Origin: Candidatus Yonathbacteria bacterium RIFCSPLOWO2_01_FULL_43_27
GTDB lineage: Bacteria; Patescibacteriota; Minisyncoccia; Phycocordibacterales; UBA1550
Assembly: GCA_001823545.1 (NCBI GenBank)
Contig: MHUV01000003.1
Location: 86,398 to 150,397 of the forward strand
Reading direction: 5' to 3'
DNA: 64,000 nt
Position numbers and translations under genes: made by a program. Below the pieces are notes generated by a model that had not been told where the DNA came from, did no database searches, and saw only the letters and a list, made by a program, of their open reading frames with translations. This document shows, one piece after another, positions 48,039 to 56,958 of this stretch. Within the stretch, counting starts at the first letter, position 1. Every line of letters starts with the position of its first letter.

Positions 48039-48758
48039 ATGGAAGAACAAAACAATGCACAAACACCCGAGATGACATCGCCTACCATCTCTACTAATAA
48101 TTTCGCTGTTCCTATTGCAATCGTGATTGCAGGACTTGCTATCGCTATAGCAGTTTATTTTGGCGACAATAAGAAAATCACCCCACCAGCAGAAGCACAA
48201 AATGTAATCGTTTCTGCTGTTACGGCAGATGATCACATACTCGGCAATCCTCGTGCGAAGGTTATTGTTGTTGAATACTCAGATACTGAATGTCCATTTT
48301 GTAAAATGTTCCACGACACGATGAATAAAGTAATGGGTGAATATGGAGAAGGTGGTAATGTTGCGTGGGTGTATCGCCACTATCCACTTCCTTTCCATCA
48401 AAAAGCTCCTAAAGAAGCAGAAGCAACTGAATGTGCTAACAAACTTGGTGGCACAGAAAAGTATTGGACATACATAAACACCATCTTTAGAGTAACTCAA
48501 GGAAATGACAGCTTGAACGAAGCAGAACTTCCAAAAATTGCTGAGGAAATTGGACTTGATAAAACTGCATTCATGAATTGTCTTTCAAGTGGTGAAATGA
48601 AAGCACGCGTAGATCGTGATATGAAAAGCGGACAGACAGCAGGGGTAAACGGTACTCCCCACTCAATTGTTCTCGTGAACGGCAAAGTAGCAGGCACGAT
48701 CAAAGGCGCACAACCATACGAGCAAGTAAAAGCAATTATTGAAGCAGCACTCAAATAA
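48039..48758 (+). CDS. DsbA-family thiol-disulfide oxidoreductase
   Basis: N-terminal anchor, EYSDTECPFC, YRHYPL, GVNGTP, GAQPY. Confidence 0.92.
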   Translation: MEEQNNAQTPEMTSPTISTNNFAVPIAIVIAGLAIAIAVYFGDNKKITPPAEAQNVIVSAVTADDHILGNPRAKVIVVEYSDTECPFCKMFHDTMNKVMGEYGEGGNVAWVYRHYPLPFHQKAPKEAEATECANKLGGTEKYWTYINTIFRVTQGNDSLNEAELPKIAEEIGLDKTAFMNCLSSGEMKARVDRDMKSGQTAGVNGTPHSIVLVNGKVAGTIKGAQPYEQVKAIIEAALK

Positions 48759-48776
48759 CACGTGAGAGAATTTTGT

Positions 48777-48819
48777 AACAAAAAAAGAACGTGTCTTAAC
48801 GACACGTTCTTTTTTTGTT
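48777..48819. terminator. Bidirectional intrinsic terminator
   Basis: AACAAAAAAAGAACGTGTC-ttaac-GACACGTTCTTTTTTTGTT. Confidence 0.8.
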
Positions 48820-48852
48820 CTTGTTTTTTATTTTTGTTTTTATATAAAATTG

Positions 48853-48898
48853 CAATGACAGCCTATCCAGTACTATAGTACTGGATAGGCTGTCATTG
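48853..48898. repeat. Perfect 46-bp palindrome (REP-like)
   Basis: CAATGACAGCCTATCCAGTACTA|TAGTACTGGATAGGCTGTCATTG. Confidence 0.85.
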
Positions 48899-48914
48899 AC
48901 TTTTTGCTGACACC

Positions 48915-49211
48915 TTATACGCCCAACATCATGCGCACGTCAGGAGATGGTTCCCATGCAGGCTCGAAGGTGAGCTCTACGCGTACTTCACCTTCTTCGT
49001 ATCCAAGTTCGGAAACCTTTTCTTCTACCGCAGAAATAAGCTCATTTGCAAAAGGGCAAAGAGGTGTCGTGAGGGTCATCAATATTTCAACACCATCCTC
49101 CACAACCGCAATCTTATAAATGAGCCCGAGTGTCCACACGTCAATCTCAATCTCTGGATCCTTTACCAGTTTTATCTTTTCAATAATTTGTTGTTCGTTT
49201 ATATTTTTCAT
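48915..49211 (-). CDS. DUF59/SufT-like Fe-S maturation factor
   Basis: VKDPEI.IDV..LGLIY, MTLTTPLCP, LTFEPAW. Confidence 0.9.
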   Translation of the reverse strand: MKNINEQQIIEKIKLVKDPEIEIDVWTLGLIYKIAVVEDGVEILMTLTTPLCPFANELISAVEEKVSELGYEEGEVRVELTFEPAWEPSPDVRMMLGV

Positions 49212-49213
49212 AA

Positions 49214-49945
49214 TTATATATTTTCAAAACCTTTCGTTAATATCTCGCGGGCAAGTTCTACATCACCAGTACGTACGATTCTTCCTCCTTTCATTACTGA
49301 CACACGGTCTGGGGTAACTTTTTCAAGAATTGAACCAAGGTGTGTGACTATAACAAAGCCCGTCCCCTGACTTCGCAGTTTTTCAATTCCCGCAAAAATC
49401 TTGTTCAAGGAATCAATATCGACACCAGAATCGATCTCATCGAGGAGCGCGAATTTTGGTTCGAGTGCAAGAAGTTGGATAAACTCACCTTGTTTCTTTT
49501 CGCCACCGGAAAAGCCCACATTTACCGAACGTTTGAGAAGATTATCATCAAGATTAAACTCCTTTATTTTTTCAACAATATTTTTATAAAAATTTGGTAC
49601 TGAAATTTCGTCCCCTTTCAAAAGCCGATGTGCGCGGTGGAGAAATGAGAGCATCGTCACCCCAGGAATTGCCGGCAAATACTGCATCGCGAGGGTAATC
49701 CCCTTGTTTGCTTTCTTCTCGGTGGGAAGTGTCGTAACATCCTCACCATCGAGAAGAATAGTTCCATTCACTATTTCATACGATGGGTGCCCCATCACGG
49801 CATTCAAGAGCGTAGATTTTCCTGAACCATTGGGGCCAAGAATGATGTGAATCTCACCTTCGCGCACCTCGAGCGACACGTCAGAAACCACCGGTTCTCC
49901 TGCGCGATTGATAGTTAGGTTGTTGAGAGAAAAAACAGATGACAT
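49214..49945 (-). CDS. sufC: Fe-S assembly ATPase SufC
   Basis: GPNGSGKST..MGHP.YE, VN.GFSGGEKK, LDEIDSGVDID. Confidence 0.94.
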   Translation of the reverse strand: MSSVFSLNNLTINRAGEPVVSDVSLEVREGEIHIILGPNGSGKSTLLNAVMGHPSYEIVNGTILLDGEDVTTLPTEKKANKGITLAMQYLPAIPGVTMLSFLHRAHRLLKGDEISVPNFYKNIVEKIKEFNLDDNLLKRSVNVGFSGGEKKQGEFIQLLALEPKFALLDEIDSGVDIDSLNKIFAGIEKLRSQGTGFVIVTHLGSILEKVTPDRVSVMKGGRIVRTGDVELAREILTKGFENI

Positions 49946-49949
49946 ACTT

Positions 49950-50324
49950 TTAATTTTTAATTTTTAATATTTTTTGCAGTGCTGCATATCCAAGGAGCGC
50001 ACAATTTACCCTCCCAGGACTCACCGGTACGCCCAGCATAGTATAGATATCTCCTGGCGACAAGAGCTTAAGTTGGTTTAATGTCTTCCCTTTCAACGTG
50101 TCGGTAAGCATCGAAAGGGCTGCTTGGGAAATCGCGCATCCTTCTCCTTGAAATGCAATGTCGGAAATATGCCCTGTATCATCAAAGCACATTTGTAATG
50201 TAGCATAGTCTCCACACGAAGCATTGCGCGTTTCAGCCTCTACTCCCGCACAGGAAACCACCCTCTTGTTATGAGGATGTTTATAGTGATCTAAAATATT
50301 TTCTTGATACATTTCGTCGTGCAT
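49950..50324 (-). CDS. sufU: SufU/IscU-like protein
   Basis: YQENILDHYKHPHN, NASCGD, GEGCAISQA, RVNCALL. Confidence 0.9.
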   Translation of the reverse strand: MHDEMYQENILDHYKHPHNKRVVSCAGVEAETRNASCGDYATLQMCFDDTGHISDIAFQGEGCAISQAALSMLTDTLKGKTLNQLKLLSPGDIYTMLGVPVSPGRVNCALLGYAALQKILKIKN

Positions 50325-50335
50325 AGTGTTGTTAG

Positions 50336-51583
50336 TTATGAGGCACTAAAAACGTGCCGTACTGTTTCAATTCCTCGAACGAGCGCATCAATATCCTCGC
50401 GCGTATTATAGAAATAAAAACTAGCGCGCGTACTTGCGATAATACCCAGAGCCGTATGAAGGGGCATTGCGCAATGATGTCCTGCGCGCACCGCAACCTT
50501 TTCCTTGCCTAAAATATACGCAATATCATGTGCATGGATACCTTCGATAACAAAAGAAACAATACCAATATTTTTTCCCTGCTCTTTTTCTGTAATAACC
50601 CGTACTCCTGGAATTTTCTCGAGACGTGCAATCGCTTCTTGAACAAGATCCTCGCTATGTTTACGAATATACTCAATTCCTACATTCTCAAGATATTCTA
50701 CTGCAGCTCCAAGGCCAATTGCCTCAGCGATAGGAGGTGTCCCTGCTTCAAAACGCTCAGGAATGAGTCCCCATGTCGCCGTAGTCGTTGTTACTGAATC
50801 AACCATTCCCCCGCCGTATGTTCCTGGTTCAAGTTTTTCCAAAAGTTCCTCACGAACCCACAACACGCCAATACCGGTAGGCCCGCACATTTTATGCCCT
50901 GAAAAATAAAGCGCATCAATTCCAAGTGCACGAACATCAACGGGTATATGACCAACAGCAGCGGTTGCGTCGCATATAACAAGCGCGCCAACACGATGTG
51001 CAATTTTTGCAATATATGCCACGTCTTGTATTGTCCCCGTAACATTGGACGCAAGACAAACACTCACAATCTTTGTCTTTGTCGTAATGAGTTCATCCAC
51101 CGGACGGTAATCAAGCCCATATGAATTATGAGCGAGCGGAATATGTTTCAACGTGAGACCTCGTCTCTTTGCAAGTTCTTGGAGCGGGATCAAGCTCGCA
51201 TGATGTTCCATAATGGTTGTAACGATCTCGTCGCCCTTCTCGAGCGTCATATCCAAGGTCCGACCTTGGATGGAATGTTCGAGCATCGCCACCAGCATAT
51301 TTGATGAAGCGGTAGCTCCAGACGTAAAAATGATCTCGCGTGTTTCAGCACCAATAAATCGTGCGATTTTTGTGCGAGCGTTTTCATATGCCGAACTCGC
51401 CTCCTCGCTCGCACGATACAACCCACGATGCACATTGGCGCGCGATGACACATAGTACGCATGCATTGCGTCAAGGACTACCTGTGGCGTCTGTGAAGAC
51501 GCAGCGTTATCAAGGTAGGCACCTTCGCGCCCCGCATCAGAAAAAAAAGGAAAATCTTGTTTGAATATTGTTTCGTTCGTCAT
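50336..51583 (-). CDS. sufS: Cysteine desulfurase SufS
   Basis: YLDNAASSQTP, ANVHRG, EHHA, FSGHKMCGPTG, RAGHHCA. Confidence 0.95.
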   Translation of the reverse strand: MTNETIFKQDFPFFSDAGREGAYLDNAASSQTPQVVLDAMHAYYVSSRANVHRGLYRASEEASSAYENARTKIARFIGAETREIIFTSGATASSNMLVAMLEHSIQGRTLDMTLEKGDEIVTTIMEHHASLIPLQELAKRRGLTLKHIPLAHNSYGLDYRPVDELITTKTKIVSVCLASNVTGTIQDVAYIAKIAHRVGALVICDATAAVGHIPVDVRALGIDALYFSGHKMCGPTGIGVLWVREELLEKLEPGTYGGGMVDSVTTTTATWGLIPERFEAGTPPIAEAIGLGAAVEYLENVGIEYIRKHSEDLVQEAIARLEKIPGVRVITEKEQGKNIGIVSFVIEGIHAHDIAYILGKEKVAVRAGHHCAMPLHTALGIIASTRASFYFYNTREDIDALVRGIETVRHVFSAS

Positions 51584-52923
51584 TATTCCATTTCAAGTGC
51601 AATAAGTTTATTAAGCTCAACCGCGTATTCAAGAGGAAGTTCTTTAATAATAGGATTTGCAAAGCCTCCTACCGCAAGTCGTATTGCCTCACGTTCACTA
51701 AACCCACGTGTTTTTAAATAAAAGATTTCATCATCACCAATGCGCCCAATGTGTGCTTCGTGAGAAATATCAACCTGCTCATTGGCATTCTGTATTGCAG
51801 GAAAAGAATTTGCCTGAGATTCGCTGTCGAGGAGAAGTGAATCACATACGAGTGATGAATGCGTATCCGTTGCTTTCTTTGAAACCTTGATGAGTCCACG
51901 ATAATTTGCAATCCCCCCATCCTTTGAAATAGATTTTGAAAAAATAGTAGACGTAGTGTGTGGTGCAAGATGAATTGCTTTTGCTCCCGTGTCTTGCACC
52001 TGCCCTTTCCCTGCAATAACCAAGCCAAGATTGTCCGCGCGTGCGCCCTCACCAACAAGGACTGACGATGGATAGAGCATGGTAACTCCCGACCCCATAT
52101 TCCCTCCTATCCACTTGATCTCCGCGTTTCGTTCTACGATGGCACGCTTGGTATTTAAATTGTAGGTATTCAGTGACCAATTTTCAATACTAATGTATTT
52201 CACTTTGGCACCCGGAAGCACGAAAATTTCTACACAACCTGCGTGAAGCGACGACGCATTATAGCGTGGTGCTGAACACCCCTCAATATATTCGAGTTCC
52301 GAACCCTCGTCTGCAATGATGAGCGTATGTTCAAACTGCGCACTTCGTTCTTTCTGCATACGAAAGTATGCTTGAAGAGGCATTTCAACTTTCACCCCCT
52401 TTGGCACGTAGATAAACGTACCACCGCTCCATACCGCAGTATGAAGCATTGAAAATTTATGATCCTCAACGGGTACACATTTCGTCATAAAATATTTCTG
52501 CACGAGGTCTGGATACTTTTCAAGCGCGGTATCCATATTTTCAAAAATGACCCCTTTATCTGCAAGAGACTTTTTTAAGTGATGATACACACTTCCTGAG
52601 TCATACTGTGCACCAACACCCCCAAGATACTCGCGCTCTGCTTTCGGAATACCAAGTTTTTCAAATGTCTCACTAATTTCTGTAGGCAATGTTTCCCACG
52701 CATTCGCTTCTGCGACTCCAGGATCGACATAATAATTCATATGCTCTAAATCAAGCCCTTCGAGTGAAGGACCAAACTTTGGCATTGGTGTTTTTAGATA
52801 GAGTGCAAGCCCTAAAAGACGCTTTTCAAGCATCCATGCGGGCTCGCCCTTAGACGACGAGATACGCCTTACGAGTTCCTCGGAAAGGCCGGTATTATAT
52901 GCTGATTTCTCTTCATGCGACAT
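51583..52923 (-). CDS. sufB: Fe-S assembly scaffold SufB
   Basis: LGIPKAER.YLGGVGAQYDS, VWSGGTFIYVP, QFEHTLII, YIEGCSAP, ISHEA, ELPLEYAVE. Confidence 0.96.
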   Translation of the reverse strand: MSHEEKSAYNTGLSEELVRRISSSKGEPAWMLEKRLLGLALYLKTPMPKFGPSLEGLDLEHMNYYVDPGVAEANAWETLPTEISETFEKLGIPKAEREYLGGVGAQYDSGSVYHHLKKSLADKGVIFENMDTALEKYPDLVQKYFMTKCVPVEDHKFSMLHTAVWSGGTFIYVPKGVKVEMPLQAYFRMQKERSAQFEHTLIIADEGSELEYIEGCSAPRYNASSLHAGCVEIFVLPGAKVKYISIENWSLNTYNLNTKRAIVERNAEIKWIGGNMGSGVTMLYPSSVLVGEGARADNLGLVIAGKGQVQDTGAKAIHLAPHTTSTIFSKSISKDGGIANYRGLIKVSKKATDTHSSLVCDSLLLDSESQANSFPAIQNANEQVDISHEAHIGRIGDDEIFYLKTRGFSEREAIRLAVGGFANPIIKELPLEYAVELNKLIALEME

Positions 52924-52951
52924 CTTATTATCTTACCACAATTTATCGATT

Positions 52952-52980
52952 TTGACAACAACCTCCTTTTTGTATATACT
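52952..52980 (+). promoter_or_regulatory. sigma70 promoter TTGACA-N17-TATACT
   Basis: TTGACA acaacctcctttttgta TATACT upstream of ORF 53024. Confidence 0.75.
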
Positions 52981-53023
52981 TATATTTAGAGTTTGATTAA
53001 AAAAATGGAATAGGAGGCGTTCA

Positions 53024-53533
53024 ATGCCAACAGAAAATGCCGTCGAGGAATGTTCAAAGTGTGGAGCCGTTATGAGCTTTGTTTGTTTTATAGATAAGAA
53101 AACGAAGGAAGAAATACCAGCAGGGTTTATGGAAAAAGGAACCATGTCCGGAGGACTTCTCTCTGGAACTCTCAGAAGATACCGCTGTTCAAACGGGCAC
53201 GCAGGAACAAGAGAGAACGATGATTTTCCGGTAAAAGAGTTTCAAATCTTGGACGAAAATGATTCGTTTAGGAACGCGAAGGAACTCGTCGGCTACGCTG
53301 AGATACACTCCAAAACAGAACGAGCACTTATCTCGTTCAAACACCTCGTCTGTTTGACGTATATTGCCGACTATGACTTATCAAGTATAACAAGGGAAAA
53401 CGTGGAGGAAAGAAACAACTTCCACTCACTCCATACCTACCCCGGCATCATCGATAAGGCAAAAAATAGACTAAAGACACTCCCTTCGAACTGGCTCGAC
53501 CAGCTGAGCAAACAAATCGAAGTGCAGGGGTAA
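53024..53533 (+). CDS. Hypothetical protein with putative N-terminal Zn ribbon
   Basis: SD AGGAGG; CSKC...CSNGH. Confidence 0.7.
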   Translation: MPTENAVEECSKCGAVMSFVCFIDKKTKEEIPAGFMEKGTMSGGLLSGTLRRYRCSNGHAGTRENDDFPVKEFQILDENDSFRNAKELVGYAEIHSKTERALISFKHLVCLTYIADYDLSSITRENVEERNNFHSLHTYPGIIDKAKNRLKTLPSNWLDQLSKQIEVQG

Positions 53534-53556
53534 TAGTAAGGACGATATAAACAAAC

Positions 53557-53586
53557 ATAGCGCGGTACCCTAGGGTACCGCGCTAT
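53557..53586. terminator. Perfect 30-bp GC-rich palindrome between convergent genes
   Basis: ATAGCGCGGTACCCT|AGGGTACCGCGCTAT. Confidence 0.75.
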
Positions 53587-53609
53587 TATTTTTATTCGCT
53601 TTAATAAGA

Positions 53610-54911
53610 TTAATAATTTCTCAACTTATCTATCTTCTCGTGTGCGCGAATCTTTTCGATTGCTTTTGCTTCAATCTGGCGAATACGTTCACGCGTTACC
53701 GCAAACTCCCTCCCCACTTCTTCGAGGGTGTGGATCACTCCATCGACGAGACCGTGACGCATTTCCAAAATCTTGCGTTCTTTTTCTGAAAGATCACTCA
53801 TAATCTCTTTTACTTGATCAGAAAGAATACGTTGCGCAGACTCTTGTGAAGGCGAAAGGATCTTATCGTCAGCAATAAACTCACCGAGAGTGGATTTCTC
53901 ATCGTCATCACCAATAGGCTTCTCGAGAGATACCGTGTCTTGGTCAATATTTTTAATAATGTAAATCTTCTCCACGTCAAGCCCCATCTCGGTTGCCACT
54001 TCATCAGGAAGTGGTTCACGTCCAAGATCCTGTGATAAACGACGCACCACTTGTTTGTATTTTGAAATGGTTTCTACCATGTGCACAGGAATACGAATCG
54101 TGCGCGACTGATCGGCGAGTGCACGCGTAATTGCCTGACGAATCCACCATGTTGCATACGTAGAAAACTTGTATCCTTTTTCCCATTCAAATTTTTCCAC
54201 GGCCTTAAAGAGGCCAAGGTTGCCCTCCTGGATAAGGTCGAGAAGGGTGAGGTCGGCACTTCGTCCTACGTACTTCTTTGCAATAGAAACCACGAGGCGG
54301 AGGTTCGCGCGCGCAAGTACATTTTTAGCCTCCTCGTCCCCTTCCTGAATACGCTTTGCAAGATCACGCTCATCTGCTGCAGAAATGAGTGAGTATTGCC
54401 CGATCTCCTTCAAATACATCTGAATGGAATCATATGAAGAATCTCCACTTTTGTAGGAATACTTTTTATGTACAAGTGCTTCTTCGGGTTCAATATCAAG
54501 AAGGCCACCGCTTTCTAATACATCAATATTGGTATCTGAAAGCTTTCCGTACAACTCGTCGAGAAACGAAACGTCTTGTTCGATATTAGGGAATTCTTTA
54601 AGGATTTCATTGAAGGTAATGAAGCCACGTCCGCGACCTTTGGCGATAAGGCGCGCTGCTTTTTCTTCCCAACGTTCTGCAACCTTTACATTGCGCGCTG
54701 GTTTCTTGGACGCCGGAACTACCTTTTTACCAGAAGGTACTTTCTTTACCGGTTTTTTTACCGACGTCTTTTTGACGTCCTTTTTTGCAACCTTTTTTAC
54801 CACTGTTTTTTTCGCAGGAATTTTAACAGTTTTTTTTGCCTTTACCGCTAATGTTTTAGCGGGTGAAGGAGTTGCTTTCTTGAGTTTTTTCGTAGTTGTT
54901 TTTTTTGACAT
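53610..54911 (-). CDS. rpoD: Primary sigma factor RpoD with Lys/Ala/Pro-rich N-terminal extension
   Basis: [64 protein letters not shown]. Confidence 0.97.
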   Translation of the reverse strand: MSKKTTTKKLKKATPSPAKTLAVKAKKTVKIPAKKTVVKKVAKKDVKKTSVKKPVKKVPSGKKVVPASKKPARNVKVAERWEEKAARLIAKGRGRGFITFNEILKEFPNIEQDVSFLDELYGKLSDTNIDVLESGGLLDIEPEEALVHKKYSYKSGDSSYDSIQMYLKEIGQYSLISAADERDLAKRIQEGDEEAKNVLARANLRLVVSIAKKYVGRSADLTLLDLIQEGNLGLFKAVEKFEWEKGYKFSTYATWWIRQAITRALADQSRTIRIPVHMVETISKYKQVVRRLSQDLGREPLPDEVATEMGLDVEKIYIIKNIDQDTVSLEKPIGDDDEKSTLGEFIADDKILSPSQESAQRILSDQVKEIMSDLSEKERKILEMRHGLVDGVIHTLEEVGREFAVTRERIRQIEAKAIEKIRAHEKIDKLRNY

Positions 54912-54964
54912 ACGTAAGTAAATGTATAAATATTAATCGCCGGTAAATGGAGTACTATCCCCCA

Positions 54965-56680
54965 TCATGTTCCCTTAAAGCCCTGTAATTTTTTTGATAT
55001 TTCCTGACACTCAACAAGAAGTCTTTGTGCACCTTCGATATCATTCTCTTTTTCTGCCTCCTTTAATTCTTTCATTTTTTCAGCAAACAATTCACGGTGT
55101 ATTTCTTCCTCAAGGTTCCTCAAAAGTTCTTCAATCTCCTCAGCAAGATGTTCATTTCCGTGAAACCGTGCCTCTGCCTCAAAGATGAGGGTGCCGGTAT
55201 CTTCGAACGACACCTCCTGTACGGGTATGGCTTCGAGGAGTTTTTCAAAGCGTGGTTGATATTGAGATATCTCAAGCGATGTTTCTTTGAGTCCTCCTTG
55301 CCATAAAAGAATACTCTTAATAATACGTGCGATGCGGGCACGGCGTGAGAGGGGTGCCATTTCTTCCGAAATCTTTTCTCGTGCGCGTTCTACAGAAGAG
55401 AGAACCTCACGTTTTTTTATTTCCTCCCAAATAGGTTCTTCTTTGATATGGAGCAAGCTCGCAATACGTCCCACAAAGTGGGCTACATCGAGCGTATTTT
55501 TTAGGTGTGCAATGAGCGGAATAACAATCTCCGAGATTTGCGTACGCACCATATGTGTATCGGGATATTTTTTCGGCAACAATTCAAGATAGAAATCGAT
55601 CACGTGACGCGCCTCGCGAATTGCGTTGCTCCACGCTTCACGATCACGAAGAATCAGATCTGCAGGGTCAAGTCCTTCAGGAAGCGATGCGACAGAAACC
55701 GTCATATCCTGATCGAAAGCAAGCTCGACCGCGCGGTGCGTCGCCGAAAGTCCTGCCTTATCAGCGTCGAGTGCCAGCGTAAGATTTTTCGTAAAACGCT
55801 TAATGAGCGCAAGGTGGTCAATGGTTAATGCTGTCCCAGACGATGCAACAGCATTCTTTACTCCTGCTTGGTGTGAAAGGATGAGGTCCATTTGCCCCTC
55901 AACAAGAACGGCGCGGTCTTCACGACGAAGTTCTTCACGTGCCTGATACAAACCGAATAGGATACGTGATTTGTGAAAAATCTCTGTCTCAGGGCTATTC
56001 ACGTATTTTGCAGAACCAGACGCACCCAACGTTTTACCTGTATCTTCATTCAAGATCCTCCCTGAAAACGCGATGACACGTCCCGAGCTATCCATAATAG
56101 GAAACATAATGCGCGAACGAAAACGATCATAGATCCCTTTCGGAGAACGCACAATGAGTCCTGCACGCTCCATTGCCTGTTCTGAAATACCTTTTTTTGT
56201 AAGGAAGTCACTAAGCGAACGCCATTCATCTGGTGCAAATCCAATATGGAATTGTTGTATCGTTTCATCTTCAAGGCCACGCCCCTGTAGATATCCGAGT
56301 GCGTCAGGAAATTTCAGCAATACCGCTTCATAGAATTTCGTTGCAAGCTCGAGCGCGCGATATATTTCTACACGTTCGTTCTTGGACTCACTGCGCTCGC
56401 GCGTAAGCTCTATCCCAGCACGTTCTGCAAGAATCTTTAATGCACCAGAAAAATCCAACCCTTCAATTTCTTCAACAAACGAGATAACATCGCCACCACG
56501 ATTACACCCAAAACAATGGTAAGTCTGTCGTGCGGACGAAATAAAGAACGATGGGGTTTTTTCACTATGAAAAGGACAGCACGCTTTATAGTTACCCCCC
56601 GCCTTTTCAAGCTTAATATACCCACTCGCTACATCAACAATATTTAGTCGTGATTTGATCTCTTCGGTAATAGAAGACAT
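54965..56680 (-). CDS. dnaG: DNA primase
   Basis: CPFHSEKTPSF, CFGC, DRFRSRIMFPI, KYVNSPET, VEGQMD, DADKAG, DPAD. Confidence 0.98.
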   Translation of the reverse strand: MSSITEEIKSRLNIVDVASGYIKLEKAGGNYKACCPFHSEKTPSFFISSARQTYHCFGCNRGGDVISFVEEIEGLDFSGALKILAERAGIELTRERSESKNERVEIYRALELATKFYEAVLLKFPDALGYLQGRGLEDETIQQFHIGFAPDEWRSLSDFLTKKGISEQAMERAGLIVRSPKGIYDRFRSRIMFPIMDSSGRVIAFSGRILNEDTGKTLGASGSAKYVNSPETEIFHKSRILFGLYQAREELRREDRAVLVEGQMDLILSHQAGVKNAVASSGTALTIDHLALIKRFTKNLTLALDADKAGLSATHRAVELAFDQDMTVSVASLPEGLDPADLILRDREAWSNAIREARHVIDFYLELLPKKYPDTHMVRTQISEIVIPLIAHLKNTLDVAHFVGRIASLLHIKEEPIWEEIKKREVLSSVERAREKISEEMAPLSRRARIARIIKSILLWQGGLKETSLEISQYQPRFEKLLEAIPVQEVSFEDTGTLIFEAEARFHGNEHLAEEIEELLRNLEEEIHRELFAEKMKELKEAEKENDIEGAQRLLVECQEISKKLQGFKGT

Positions 56681-56692
56681 AGTTTGGAGTTT

Positions 56693-56875
56693 GAACCTGT
56701 TTAGAATCTAATGGCTGAACAAAACGATAAAATCTTGAGCGAAAAACGAACTGGAGACCAAGCCGTATCGAGATACGGCATGGTCGAAGTGAAGTTTTGC
56801 AGCCGAGATTTTGTTGTTTTGGCAGCCAAGCATGGTTGTTAAGGTTTATTGTGCGTTTAGATTCTAAACAGGTTC
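56693..56875. mobile_element. 183-bp MITE-like element with perfect 19-bp terminal inverted repeats
   Basis: GAACCTGTTTAGAATCTAA ... TTAGATTCTAAACAGGTTC; non-coding interior with nested hairpins. Confidence 0.75.
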
Positions 56876-56958
56876 TTACATGCTACGTTCGTAGCATTAC
56901 CACACAACACATTAAGAACGGAAGTATTGTCAATTTGAGACCGTAATCCTACAAGTAC

